The notes: a model not told the origin generated them from the letters alone. A stretch of 64,000 nucleotides of DNA from Camelus ferus (GCF_009834535.1 NC_045697.1:46316001-46380000); one strand, 5' to 3'; shown: positions 1 through 14,333, numbered from the stretch's first letter. Program-made: numbers and translations.

Positions 1-450
1 TTGATTTTGGCAACTAGTTTTCAAGTCAGATCATTACAAAGATTGTTCGTGGAGTACAGGAGGTTGTAAGATGGGAGATAATGAAATAGTCTTCAAAATG
101 TTTGCAGTGGAAAAAAATTGTTTGTAGTGGTTCCACTGTGATTAAAAACAATACACATTCTTTAAAAGTAGAATTACCATTCTGTTTTGTTTTGAGTAAC
201 TGTAAATATGCATATGCATATTGCTTTATACATTGAGTAGAATTTACTTACTGTTTCAGAGTGGCAAGGGTTTTGTAGAAGAAACAGGTTTCTAATTTTT
301 AGGAGTATCCAAGGTGCATATGTTATTAGAACCTATTGACGGCAAAGACCCAGGCATTCTGTATTATTTTCTCAGAGTGCTTGTTATTTGCTAGAAGAGG
401 TCAGTACAATCCCATTCATATTCAGATACATATCACTACTTCAAAATGAT

Positions 451-793
451 GTCAGACAGAGAAATAGAAATACTGCATGTTTTCACTTTTATGTGGAATG
501 TAAAAAACAAAACAAAAGAGCAAATATAACAAAGCAAAAACAGACTCATAGATACAGAGAACAAACCAGTGGTAGTCAGAGGCGAGGGGAGTAGAAAGAT
601 GGGTGAAATAAGTGAAGGGGATTAAGAGGTACAAACTGCAAGTTCTAAAATAAATTAGACATGGGGATATAAAGTACAGCATAGAGAAAATAGTCAAGAA
701 TAGTGCAGTAACTGTGTGTGGTATAAAAATATTGAATCACTATGCTGCACACCTAAAACTAATGTAACATTGTAAATCAACTATACTTCAAAA
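451..793 (+). mobile_element. LINE-1 3' end fragment
   Basis: Typical L1 3' motifs GTCAGACAGAGAAA...TATGTGGAAT...CAGACTCATAGATACAGAGAACAAACCAGTGGT...GTAAATCAACTATACTTCAAAAA. Confidence 0.8.
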
Positions 794-909
794 ATTATGA
801 TAGTTTCTAGGCCTACTATTATGTTTCATTATAATTATTGAATTAATAAAGAAGCATATATATTTTTGAGTCACAGATTTGGTTTTTTTTTTTAAACAGA
901 TTTGATTAT

Positions 910-1042
910 TATATTTCAATACAATTGGGTTCCTCTAAATCCTGTGTATTTTAATATAGCTTCATTACTCTGGGCAGGGATTCATAGATTCACCAGATTG
1001 CCAAAGAGGGGCATAGAATATAAAAAGTTAGGGAAACTCCTG
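910..1042. mobile_element. hAT-Charlie-like DNA transposon remnant
   Basis: TTCACCAGATTGCCAAAGAGGGGCAT...AAAAAGTTAGGGAAACTCCTG resembles Charlie/MER terminal sequence (recall). Confidence 0.4.
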
Positions 1043-3921
1043 TAATAGAATATATGGCCATCTAAGATGCTTTTAATATGAGACTATTTTTAAAAATTTA
1101 AATCTTTCAGTTCATTTTAATGAGTATTTTCAAGGATAAAAGAGAGAGATGATATCATTTAAAATGTTGCAAAATTGTGTCTTCTGTGTGCCTGGGCTTT
1201 CCATGACAAATAGAATCCAAACCAATGATATTTGGAGGACTTTATCTAGTAATAATAATAAAAGAACTCTTATGCGAAGCTGGAAGTCTTAGGCACTACC
1301 ATTAGTGAATTACAGAGGGTGTTGAGTTTGCAAACTATTGCATAAGGGGAAAAGTTCTCATTTTTGTATGAAGTTATTTCTCACCATCTGTTTAAGAGTC
1401 TGTATCCTGTGCATTGAGTATCCTTTACAACCATCCATCCTTTACAACTGCTTTTCTATAACAAAGACATCAACAATATCCTTCCTTTTTCCTTAAATTA
1501 GAAAAGGGGCCAGGAGAGGTTAAAAAAATCATATATTGAATCATGTGTAAGATATCAGAAACTATGGATGTTTTCATCATGGTTTAGCTTAGAAGATATG
1601 TTGAGTTTATAGCAGATTTGTTTTACTGTCAAGATGGCAGAACTGACAGCCCTATAGTTGCATCATTTGGAGCAACCAGACACTCTGCAGAATTACAGAT
1701 GTAAGGCTAATGAGGTGGCAAACAAAGGCTTTCTGTAGTGTTAGATTAGAGCGTGTTATACAGCTGCAAATAAATATCTGAATATGCTGGAGATGATAAG
1801 TGTTCACTTTGCTCTAGTGTCCTTGGCCAAAGTTCTCCATCCGCAAGGCAAAATTGCAAGCTTATTTTTCCTTAGTTCATTTTAAGACATTACATAAAGA
1901 TCTCATAAATCTTAATTTAAAAAAATTTTTTAAAGTTATCTTTTTGAAGCCCACTTTGCTTATAAGTAAGTTGAGCTTTTGTGATGAGGATCTGTCTGAC
2001 TGGAGCTGTATAGAATCATTTTCTTAGCCAGCAACAGCTGTGCTATTCTTTCTAAATAGTAATAATGCTTCTACATTGCACTTGTTTTTTATTGTTGAGG
2101 AGGGCTCTTGGTGCCTTTATTGAGTTACTTTGAGAGCAGCCTGATTTGTTTCTTTTTTTTTGGAATGCACAATAAAACAAAAGTAATTTAAATTTTAATA
2201 TGCCTTCCTTGCACCATTAATTAAAATGATTTATGTTTGGTTGCCTCCTTGAAATAGAGTGTGGTGTTAGTACTCATTGCTTCCATGGTGATGTTTTCTA
2301 ACAGAGCACCATTTACAAAACAGGGTTTCAAACTCTTCTGGTCTTGGTTTATCTGCTTTGACAGCAGCACCTTTACTTAACTCCAGGAGAATACACTCTC
2401 ACACTGTTCTTCCCAGTCCTCATTTGGCACTTTACATTATGCTTATTGTCTAGACTTCCCACAAGTTATTTATTTGTTCAAAGTAGACTCTTTGAACACT
2501 GATGAGTCTGTCAAGGAGGAAAGGAAAGGGAGGATGAGATAAGCCTGATCATATCTTGGTCTGAAAGTTGAAAGCATCTACCTTTGTGGGGTTCAGAAAA
2601 GGACTTCCCAAATACTAACGTCAGAAAACTTTGTGTTTATGCCCTTCAGAGGAAAGCACTACACTTGCTGTCTTATCTTATCAAAAAGAAAGGAAGAATG
2701 AAAGGAAGTCCCACATATATTTTAAATAAATTTTTGTAAACACTAAGAATGATTCCTTATGGGTCTCTGGGCTCTCAGGCAGTAAGATGACATTGCTCAT
2801 AAATTGGGCATTTGTTTTTGTCACTGGCAAGAATCAGTCCTGAAATACTACTTGATCTACAGTCGTTGTACAGTATCTTCCTTTTTTAAATCCAAGGCAG
2901 TTCACTGTTGACAGTTCTTTTCACTCTTTTCTGAATATCGGAACATATGATTGCATCAAGCTGGCTGCAGGCTCCCGTGCTGACATTTTCTAGCGCAAAG
3001 AATGCCCACATCACTCGAACATTTGAAAAGTGTTAATGAGCAGATCAAAAGGACTGTTGCCTGAAGCGGCTTTTTTTTTTTTTTTTGAAGAAATCGGCTC
3101 TCCTCCAAACTGAAATCTTCATTCTAGCAGCTAAGGAGATGAGATGTAGTCCTCCCTGATGATGATAATAACAAATGAAAAAAAAATTGGAGAAGACTCA
3201 AACTCTGCATATGGTTCATAAAGTGGTGAAAGTGTTTTCCAGAATCTTCAATACAGAGCTGAAGGATGCTAAGTGGAAAAAATCCTGGCAACTAGGCAAT
3301 ATTATGCCTTTTAAAATCTGCAAATTCTCATAAAATATGGTGCATATGAATACATCCTTTTCTGAGAGGAATGTGTTCTTGCACTATTTAATACAAGAAT
3401 GGGATTCTCATGACTGTTATTTTTAATGTATTTGGGCCAACAGTCAGGTTTCCTTTTCTCCTGCACTAGTTTTACTGAAACATAGGGATATCAGTGGACA
3501 CTGATTTTTGCCATTTTTGGCTTTTGGACTGAATGGCTTCAGATTATTTTCAGCCTCCTTTGTTACTTACAAGGCTGTATGGTAGATTGCAGAGAAGGAG
3601 CATTTTGAAATGTCACACACACACACAATTTATTTCCTGTTCCAACACTTCTAGGGCATGGATGTTGGGTGTATGAATCGGTGTATGTATATTATGTCCT
3701 TATAAAGTGGGGATGACAGCATCTATCTCACAGAGTTACTATAAATACTGAACTATAGCTATCTGTTTATATCTATCTATCCATCCATCCATCCCAGCAA
3801 GTAACAAACTACTCAACAAGTCTTAAGCCTTTTCTCTTGCACCCTGTCCCTTTGTGATCCAAACCTTAATTTAAAAGAATGTCATGTGGCAGAAGAAGTT
3901 GAACTCAGAGTTTGGTGGTAG

Positions 3922-4105
3922 ATGGGCCTGGGTCTTGGGTTTGCATCTTAATTCTAGTGTTTTCTCTTTGTGTATCCTTGGACAGGTTACTAAAGTTAGA
4001 GCCTCCCTCTTATATTTAGAATGGAGATAAGCACACAGGATTATTATGAAAATGAGAGAACATAGAGTGTGTGGCGTATGTCAGCACCAATAAAGGGTGG
4101 TTATT
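3922..4105 (+). mobile_element. MIR SINE
   Basis: Degenerate MIR core TGTGTATCCTTGGACAGGTTACTAAA...AATGGAGATAA...CACAGGATTATTATGAAAATGAG. Confidence 0.55.
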
Positions 4106-6059
4106 GTTGATGGTATTAACAGCACACAGGTGAACCTCAGCTCTACTTCAGTTTCTTTAGGTTCTGTTATTTGTTGTGGTGGTGGTTGTGTCTCTTAATC
4201 TACTAGATCAAAATTTGATTTATGTAGAGTTTTAAGGTTCTGTTTTCATTGTTAACAACATAGAAAATATAGTTGCCAAGATTTAAAAATCAATTTGAAT
4301 TTATAATAAGTCACGCATTTAGTCATACATAAGATTAATTACACATTATTGGAAAAATAAACCCTAATGTTCTTTTCTGGAATAAGGTGAATACAAATAC
4401 ATGTAGACATATGCCCTATTTAATTATGTAAAGGCACAGAAGAAAAGAACCTAGTGGAAATATTGTGATATGTATTTTGTTGTATCAATCTATTAGAATT
4501 TTCATTTTGGAAAGGACCTACAATGAATCAGGTTTATTTCCCAGGTGAAGAAACTTAGTCTGGTCTTATGTTTTCCTATTTGCCTGTGAGTTCACATTTG
4601 CCTTTGAGTTCATTAGCTCTCTGACTTTATTGGTTAAAGAAGAAACTTGATATTTTGGGTTTTTTGGACCTAGAAATATTTTAGTTTCATGGAAATCTTT
4701 ATTGGTTATCATTTATAGCTTTTTTTCTTAGTATTTTCCTTATAAATTTAGAGGTTGGCTGTGAGCCTTTGTGAACATTCTCAGCTAATTCCTTTAGCTC
4801 ACTTTCAATCTTATTTTTAGTGTCTGTTGTTTGCAGAGCACTTTATTAGGCACTGTGATATTTACAAAGAGGGAATAATGATTATTGCCCTTAAAAAATC
4901 TACACATTTGAGGGGTAATTGAAAAGTTCCAAAATAAACATATAAACCTAAGTTAATGAAGCATGAATGGTTCAACTGTGCAGCAATGCATATTTTTAGA
5001 AGTTTTAAAGCTTCTAGATAAAGTGATAGAAAGTTGGTAGACTACTCTGTGAAGGCTGGATGGACTTAACATGGAAATGACCATTTTATTTGGGGTAACA
5101 TCTTCTGTCAGCTTGGAGTAAAGGAGCATATACAGGGATGTTTGTAGATAGAACATTAAGGCAGAACTGTACCACACTAAGGCATTTGAACAATGAGAAT
5201 ACAAGAGGTGGCTCCTGTAGATGTACTGAAAAAGGACCTTTCCTTTTCCAGGTTGTGGCTTGTGATAATAAGGGTCTTTGATAAAGAGAAAGAATGCAAA
5301 GATGCCTCTCATCATTCTGTTGTGAGTTCATCAGCAATGGTCATAGGAGGATTCTAAATTGAAATTCAATTTGCGTATATCAGTGCTCAAACTCAGTGTT
5401 ATGCAGGATAATGAGCATGACAAATACGACGTAAAAAAGAAAGTGTCATGAAAGGCGATGTTCAGTAATTCTCAGGAGAATATAGTGTCGAACAGGGTTG
5501 GGAATACTATTTAAGTCCTCAGGTAATAAGTAGGGTAAATTTGAAACCCTCACAAGGAAATGAAAATGAGTTCCAATACATTATACTCAGACTTAGTGGA
5601 ATGAAGGATGTCCCTTGGCCTTTGTCTAGTGAGAGATCTCTAGAGAGCACTTTATGGTAATTTGCAAAAGTGAGTGGAAGCATGATTTGTATGGTTCTTC
5701 CCAAAATTCTGTTAATTCTTTGATTTCGGTTGTCACTGGAACAATTGGTCCATTTTGACTAGAGAAGTAATCAGTCAAGCTTCTGTTAGGAAGAATATTG
5801 ACCTGGCTACATAGGCTAAAATGAAGGTTGGGGTAGAGATAGAGAAATATGCTAGATGTCTAACTTAACTACCAGTAAAGCATGTAGACATTGATGCCAA
5901 AAAAAGAAAACTATGTTAATTATAACTGGTATGCTATGATAATCAATTAATGTTATCACTATGTTATGAGTTAAAATGCATAGAATGAAGGTGGGGACCT
6001 CTGAGGGTGCAGCCATTTTGCCTGAGCACCATTCATCTAATTCTACTGGCTTAGCTGTG

Positions 6060-6280
6060 CTTAAAATGCCAGGATTAGTTCTGGAAACCGCTGTTTGAGA
6101 TGTTGATCAAATGAATGTATGCTATGCTAAAGAAACTGATCGAGATGACCCAACAATTCAGGCCATTATATAAAAAATGGTTATGATGTTTAGCTTCCGG
6201 GCGAGTAGGCTCAATAGATACATGGTTATTATCCCAGTATTCAAAAATAGGACCTGCTCTCTTCTGAAAGAAAAAACAGT

Positions 6281-6319
<39 letters not shown>

Positions 6320-6600
6320 CCACATTCTAGGATTGGGACTAAAAAGTGGAAACTACAGAGAGGGAGGCTTTGGCTTCATTTGGGGGAAAATTTTTCAAGT
6401 GATGTGAGTTTCTTGCCAGTGGAATGAATTACTTTGTGAAGTAGTGAATTTCTCTTTATTGCAGGAATTCAAACATAGTTGGACTACATCTAGGTGGGAA
6501 TTTTTCAGAATATTGAAGTTTTGGTTGAATGTGTGTTGGGAAAGTTGAAAAATATTGTACTAGATATTTTTAAAATCCAGAGAATCTTAAGTTTATGATT
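6060..6600 (+). mobile_element. Ancient CR1/L3 LINE 3' fragment interrupted by a (TG)n repeat
   Basis: Resembles L3 3' end: GTGGAAACTACAGAGAGGGAGGCTTTGGCTTC...CAGTGGAATGAATTACTTTGTGAAGTAGTGAATTTCTCT...GGAATTCAAACA...ACTAGAT. Confidence 0.55.
6283..6316. repeat. (TG)17 microsatellite
   Basis: Direct reading. Confidence 0.95.
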
Positions 6601-6632
6601 TTAGGTAGTGATAGTGAGAGTGGAATTCAGAG

Positions 6633-6790
6633 TCCTTCCTTCTCTCCTTGATCTTCCTTCCCTCCTCCCTCTCTTCCTTCCTTCCTTCCTTCCTTCCTCC
6701 CTTTATCTTTTCTCCATCTTTTTTTCTTTCCCACCTTCCACCATTTCCTCTCTTCCTAACTTCCCTTTTTCCCTCCCTTTCTTCTTCCTT
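6633..6790. repeat. CT-rich low-complexity polypyrimidine tract
   Basis: Degenerate (CTTC/CCTT)n. Confidence 0.8.
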
Positions 6791-7806
6791 ACAAAATAGA
6801 AGATCTATTTTGTGTTAGACACTTTACTGGATACACTGAGGAGCAAAGCAGACATAAAACACATCCTCACAGGAGTTACAGATTTTTGGAGTTAGATAAA
6901 ATGATCAATTGTGATCCATGGTAGGGGAGAACAAACAGGCATCTGTGCATATTGAGGGAGTCTGAACTGCATTGAGAAAATTGGGGGAATTCTTGGTGGG
7001 CAGAAGAGGAGAGGAAAAGATATAGGAGACGGAGCAGGGGGAGTGGGGGGATTATGTCAAAGAATCTTTGGACAGCATAAATGATTGGGTGAAGTCATTT
7101 AAAAGTGAGAAGAAATTATAGATTATGAGACAATTCTAAGACTTTAAAGAAAGTGATTTACTTGAAAGAAACAGGGAAGACAGGAAGAAGAGTTGGCTTT
7201 TAAATGCAGATGACTAGCATGGTTTTGACCCTGTTGAGTGTGAAATATTGATAGATCTGGTTTTCATGGATTGCTTTTGGACATGTGGGTTGATAATGAT
7301 ATGAATGCTTCCTTTTTATAAAGGAAATGCACCTGTAGCTTGATCACCTTTATTTCATTTTACTGTAATACTATTTTGAATCTTAATCCTCCCCTGGCAT
7401 TTATTTCTGGGCTGGCTATAAAAATTCACAAATTCCTATCCTTCAAAATTTTGAAAAAGAACTGGAATTGTATGTTTATTGATAAAAGAAAATTGAATTA
7501 AGTAAGAGGATTACAGAGAAATAACAGCATTTCTTATATCAAAAGTTTGAATGCTACAGGAATGAGTGAGTTTGAGATTCAGTTATATTAAATTATGGTC
7601 CATGTATATCTATGTAGTTGTAATTACCATCTGTGTATTTTTCCCTGAGATTTTGATCTAAACTAAAATTTGAATGCTAAAAGTGATCTACGTGAAGAAA
7701 ATTATGTCATGTTTTTACTAACCTAATTATTTTTTACACATTCTTACTGTCTCTTCCCTACATACTACTGAAGGTTTTACATTTGATTTTTTTTTTTTTT
7801 GTACAG

Positions 7807-7851
7807 GTTATAAAAGATCCTCCTCCACCACCACCATCTGCACCACAAGAG
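7807..7851 (+). CDS. ANTXR2: ANTXR2/CMG2 coding exon (human exon 13 equivalent), juxtamembrane proline-rich segment VIKDPPPPPPSAPQE
   Basis: T14-GTACAG acceptor, 45 nt, GAG|GTAAAT donor; translation matches recalled human VIKDPPPPPAPAPKE. Confidence 0.95.
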
Positions 7852-8701
7852 GTAAATGAGTGCCTAATGAGTGATGTGGATGGTTTTTTTCCCTGTATTT
7901 GGATATTATCCCCCAGTTTGATCAATGACATTATTATTAGATAACTGTGATACCTCTGTATTGACTTTTGCATTTTTGAAAATCATTTGTTATTTTTTAT
8001 CTTCTTATGATTTCTCTCACATGCTAGAGGAATGGGACCTTCACATATTGATGAACATAGACTGGCCATCAGGATCAATAGTACATAGAGATTTAATTTA
8101 CTTTTTATAGCAATATATCAGTAGTTCTGACATCACTTATTTTATTTACAAAACGTTGGAAGATCCAAGCTGGCAGTTTAGATATTATTACTTTCTCCAA
8201 AACGATTGTTACTTTTTATTACCATTAGCCAAAATTGTGTTGGCAACGTGAAATACGGCATTGCACATTTTGAAAGCTTCTCAACTACCTATCTTTTTAG
8301 TACAAATTTCTCAGAATTCAAATTTACACATACATTGAGGCTTGAAGTGATTACTGAAATGTGGTCCTAATTTTATGTCTTTTTATCTTTTAAAACATGA
8401 AATGATGAATAGATCTGTAAAAGACAAATGATGCTCATAGTTAAGGAGTAAACTTCTGATAACCTAGCAAAATAAGGTAGATTTCTCAAATTGTGGGGTG
8501 GAAGGAGTCCCAATATTCCATAGCACTTCACCTGAGATGTATGCATGTAAGCGTAAATTTGCCCACACGTGCTATATATTTTTTATTACATTTCTTCTGT
8601 ATCAATGGCATTATTTTGAAAAATGTTTAAATGTGAGCCAGTTCTAAGCAATATTTTAAGAAATTATTTCAACCCAGTTTTAAAAACTTGTATCTACATA
8701 G

Positions 8702-8893
<192 letters not shown>

Positions 8894-11800
8894 TAATATC
8901 CAGTTTTACTTAACACTTTTTATTTGGACAAGTTTTATTTCTCTGGAATAATCCTAGCCATTTCAAAATTATTCAAGAAGAACTGACTTTATTAGTCAAA
9001 GAACTGCATTGATGAGATGTCTGAATTCTAAAGGGCAAAACAAAGTTAGGGTTTTTCTGACTATTTTGGAAAAAATTATTGCCGAGAACATCCAGTTTGA
9101 AGAAGCGAGCTACTTAAAGTTACAACAATGCTTGTCTTTGAGAAGATCCAACAGTTATGTATTGTTTGAGGAGAAAAATGTCAAAATAGTATGTCCATGA
9201 GCTTATCACAAATATTGAGGAAGTACATTTAAAGCTTTTTTTTTACAGCTTATAGTTATCTCTTATGAATGATCATAATTAATATTAAATATCATTTATA
9301 GAACATATTGAATTTTTAGACTCAGTGTGAATTAAAATTGAACTTAAATATTATATCTTAAAAATCAAATTTTTACCACCACAGAAATATTTTTCAAAGT
9401 GATGCATTAATTAATAATAAGGAATCACTGCCAGCCCTAAGCCCTTGACAACAAGATAGACAGGCCAGCATCCCACCCCAAGGAGCAACTGGAGGAATTT
9501 TCTCATTGAAATATTGACTGTATTATTAAACACAAATCCTGGCATTTCCTTATTAGTTATTCTTTAATTTTGCTTCTTGATAAGAAGGAGTTTTTATGTT
9601 TTGCAATCATTGCACATGTCTCCTTACTGTCATATCAGCTTTGTCCCATTACTGCCAGAAAAAATCAATAAGCTAATTAACAACCTCACAACTGTTGCAA
9701 TTTTCCCTTTTTATACATTTCAGTAAAATTCAGATTCCCAAGGAGAGTTTCCCATTTGCAGAATACATTTCAGTATTCTTCAGAAGAAGCCCAGACTTTC
9801 TTAACATGGTTATCTTTACCAGAGTGGCTAAAGAAGTCATCCGATAGTGGTTCTTATTTTCTTGACCACATTAGATCTTAAAATAATGCACATTTGCCTA
9901 AGAGCTTGCCACTTTATTGCTGAAATATTCTCTGAGACAGGTATCTCATTGCCAATAAGCCATGGAAAAGGTGGGCGCTAGAACCTATTAAATTTGTCTT
10001 TTGGAGAAGATTGCGCATGTGTTTGCCCGTGAGTAATTGAGAACACCACACAGTACAAGAGAACATGGCTAGGCTAGCTCTTGTTGCTTGACACAGATGG
10101 AGGGTCATTTTCCTTCCATTTGCCTTTGTTGTGTCATTCTAGGCTTGGAGGGTTGGGGAAAGAGTGGATTGGAGGTATAAAAAAAAAAGTCACACTTGTA
10201 TAAAATTGTTACATATGAATATCTAAATATGATCTGTCACAGCTTATTTTTAGTTTATTTAGTCTCGTTCCAAAATGTGTGTGTAAAAGATGTATGCAAG
10301 GGGAAAAAGAGTTTGACAGGAAATAGCACAACGTGTTAGTAGCTTTCCCTTGATGGAGTGATTTTCAGTTTGTGTTCTAGAGTTCCCTGTTCCCAACTTA
10401 TTTGACAGTGAGCTTGTGCTGATTTATATTCAGAATAATAAACTTAATTCCATTTTGAAAGCCACACATACAAAATACCACGTGACAGTGAGATTCAGAT
10501 ATATTAGTTCTTGCTCAAAACACTAAGAACTGTGGCAGATTTTTGTTACTCCAACATTCCAGTGTTCCAAAGATTGAGAACTTTTTTCTACAGAAAATGA
10601 AAGCATATGTATGAGCTCATAAATGGGTCCTGACTTAGAAGGAATATTATTGGAATATGTGCAGGAAAGCCAAGGGCTCATGAACATTCTTGAGTAACTC
10701 ACATTTCAAGTGGTAAGAGTTATTGACTCTTATTTTTAATTTTAGATGTAACTGAATTTTATTTAAATTTAATTGGAATGTATTTGTTTGTGTTTTTATT
10801 TGTTGACTTTTAATTAATATGAAATTACATTGCCTTTCCTTTTCAGCTGAAGAAAATTTATGAAAAGGACTCACTATTAATAAGTTGGCAGCCATTTTAG
10901 TCATAGATAATGTTGGCTACATTTTATGGAGTGCTCCATCAATGAGATGGAAATGAGAATGAAAGTGAAGGAAAAAGTGAAAAGTAAATATGGGCATCAC
11001 AAAGGGGAAACACGATGCAGAAAAATACACAATAAAAAATAAACTGAGAATTAAGCATCATGAGACTTTCTCAAACATGAACTTATTTAAACTTGGAGAG
11101 GAAAAATAGAAAACATAATTTGTTTTAAAACCATGCCTGTTTAAACCTGGAAAGTGTTTTCCTTTACAAAATACCTTAAACTTGGGGAAAGTAAATGGAA
11201 TTTTAGAAATTACCTGTACATTTGAATTAAAGAATAAATCTTCGTAACTAATGTTATTTTAAGCCAGTATAGGAATTTTACATAGAATTTTTTTTCTTAC
11301 TTCTCCTTTACATTAAATATTTAAACACTGTGGTAATGGCAATTTGCAGAAAGCTGGAACTGAGCTGATGTTAATAACAGCTGTTAGCACAACTGATCCA
11401 CAATACCTAATGACTTCAAATGTGTGTTTCTGCCAATTCAGCGTGAAACTGTTTTTGTTTCTTTTCTCAATTCTGAAATTGCTCCTTTTATGATACAACC
11501 TCCCAGCCATCCAAATATGCTCTGGAAATTATGGAATTTCATTGTTTATCATTGAAAAAGCCAAGTAGAATTGGAAAATTTTAGCTATCAAGCTTGCACT
11601 CTTCTTTCATGATAAAAAGTCAGATATATTAATTCTGTTAAGGCTGCCTTTAACAATCTGTTCTTCTTCTTTTATCCTTTTTGACTATCAGTGTGGTCAA
11701 ACTAAAATATTAAAATGTATACATAAAAGTGTGTATATATATTTAATTGTTTTTAAGAGTTTTAGGAGAGCTCTATAAAATGTTTCTTAGTTTTTGACCT

Positions 11801-13286
11801 TGAGATTGAGAGGAGTTGTATTGTTTCGTGGTGATGGTGGTGATGATGAAACAGCTGCTTCATGAAGTAACACTCAGGGATTTATTTACTGCATTTCCTT
11901 TGACCTCAACAACTATATTATAAGTTTAGTCCTTTGATAGTTGAGTCCCTAGAAATGCCACATTGGGTCAGAACTCTAGTTCAACGATCTTTGTGTTCTT
12001 TATCTGAGAATACGGTGCCGGTGAGACTTGGAGACAGAATACAATTACATTAGCTCTATGATATCCACCATGACATTGGGGCTAGTTAAAATCTAAGTTA
12101 AAAAATCTATAATTTCCAAATGAATCTACATTTTATCTACTTATATTTCTACTCCGAATGTCTTCTTTGAGTTATGACATTCCTATGCTTATTTAACCAT
12201 GTATCTTCTTTTGTTTTTGTTTTTTTCCCTTAAAATTGAGACAACAACTCCAAGAGATGTATCTTGGTTCTGGTGGTTTTTAGTTCAATTTAGCTATATC
12301 TAAAGATTTGTAAAGTTTTAGTTTATCTAGGTGAAGACACTGTGATTTGAAAAGAGAAGGTCATTTCTCTGGAAAGAAAGCCAACTATCTAGCTCTAAAG
12401 GTTTAATGGTGTTTAAAACAATTTTAACAACCTCATAAAGAACATGCTAGTACCACTGATCACACTGAAAGATACAGATACGTTTTAATGACTCAGCAGG
12501 GTCCACTTGAAATTGAAAACCTATTCTAAAACTGTAATTAAAAAAAAGGTAAAAACATCTAAGTAAGCCTTATCAAAAAGGTATGAATGGTTCTTTCTGT
12601 GAACAGTAGTCATCTGTATTCCCACCCCTTAATTCAGGTCATTAAAATACTTTAAAAAGTGTTTAATCATTTTTTTTTCCTTTGTAGAAATCACTTAACT
12701 CTGGTGAGTCACTATGTGCCCTGCACAGAACTCCCTGTTTCTTTTTAGAACTTCACTTATCTTTTTGTCTTCTTTGGTAATGTCCTTGGTTTTTAGACTT
12801 CCCTACTGCTCCTGGTAGGACAAAGCCTTCCTGCAGGGGCCGCATCCTCTTTACATGCCCACATTTGCAAACATTTGGCCCAGATTTAGCCAATTTTCAT
12901 TGAAAAATGAACATCATTTGACCTTGTTGTTTTTCAATATCCAGAGTTTTCAGAGAAGGGAATTTCCTAAAATTTGTGAGATTCCCTGGTGTCTCTGAAT
13001 TTTTTCTCTTCACAGCCTAGCCTTTTCAGATTTGCCTTCCTCCGTGAAAAATAAACGTGTCAAATTACCATACTCATAGGAGTAGAGGAACTAAAGACTG
13101 AAAGCTACTTTACAAAGTTGATCTTTACAAAATTGAAGAAAAACATTTATAATTATTTTACTTCCAAAGGCTAAATGTTTAAATCATACTTTTTTGCCAT
13201 AGATTCAATAGACAGTTTGGAAGGAACAACTGACTCCTTTGTATAAAATATATTTGTAAAATTCAAACCTTATTTATTACCCATTT

Positions 13287-13472
13287 CAGACTACATATGT
13301 TCAAATCCCTGTCCTGCCACTTACTAGTTGTGTGGCTTTGGGCATGACACTTAACCTTTCTGTGTCTCAGTTCCTCATCTGAAAGAAAAAAGTACAGTAT
13401 CCATCTCATTGCATTTTGGTATGGATTAAATGCAGACTGGCACATGAAATCATTCAGTAAATGCTAATTATC
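13287..13472 (+). mobile_element. MIR SINE
   Basis: GTTCAAATCCCTGTCCTGCCACTTACTAGTTGTGTGGCTTTGGGCATGACACTTAACCTTTCTGTGTCTCAGTTCCTCATCTG is a clear MIR core. Confidence 0.85.
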
Positions 13473-13869
13473 ACCATCATTATCGTCTGTTTCCCCCAGT
13501 GCCATCAGTATATATGGGTATGTGTTTAGCTGGAAGGAGAACATACCTCATTAGAGAATAGAGTTACACACTGTCATGCACTTCATACATACCCCAAAAA
13601 TTAACTCCTTATTTGAAACAGTGGAGAAATGGTTGCATCAATTTAATTGATGCCAGATTTTTTACAAAGGGTCTCCATTTCTAGAATGTTAATATTAAGC
13701 ACCTAAGGAGTGGTAAGAAACCTATTAAACCTCCCAAGCGGAGGAGTTTGGAGTTAGGATGCCTGTTCATCTTTGACTCTGAGGTGGTGAACCAATGAAC
13801 CAGCTAAACAAGAACTTGTTCCTCTAGGCCACTCTGCGTCTGATACTAGTATTTCCCATTGTTTTAAAG

Positions 13870-14037
13870 GTCCGCTGGGGTGATAAAGGATCTACCGAGG
13901 AAGGTGCAAGGCTAGAGAAAGCCAAAAATGCTGTGGTGACGATTCCTGAAGAACCAGAGGAACCCGTCAGGCCCAGACCACCCCGACCCAAACCCACACA
14001 CCAGCCTCCTCAGACAAAGTGGTACACGCCGATTAAG
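13870..14037 (+). CDS. ANTXR2: ANTXR2 coding exon (exon 15 equivalent) [56 protein letters not shown]
   Basis: TTTTAAAG acceptor, 168 nt, AAG|GTGACT donor; near-identical to the recalled human ANTXR2 tail; partly shown in ORF 13933..14244. Confidence 0.97.
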
Positions 14038-14333
14038 GTGACTGTCCAAACTTTGTGGGATTTCAGTGCAACTTTCTGGAGAAGCTGTAGCCCCTTTAGT
14101 CTCCCTGCCCCCATTTATCTGAAGGAGGACCGAGGTACATCAGTTCACCTTATAGCAAGTGAACACTTTCTGGGCAACAAGAAACTCCATTGCTGTTATT
14201 TATTTATTCGTCTAACTTACGAAAGAAATGAGAGTAGAGAATAAGGCTTTACCCTCTTCACTTCAGTGCACCTATTTAGCAAACCGGTGTGGAGCACACT
14301 CCCCCGGAATTGACAAATCCCGTCTCCCTCCAG

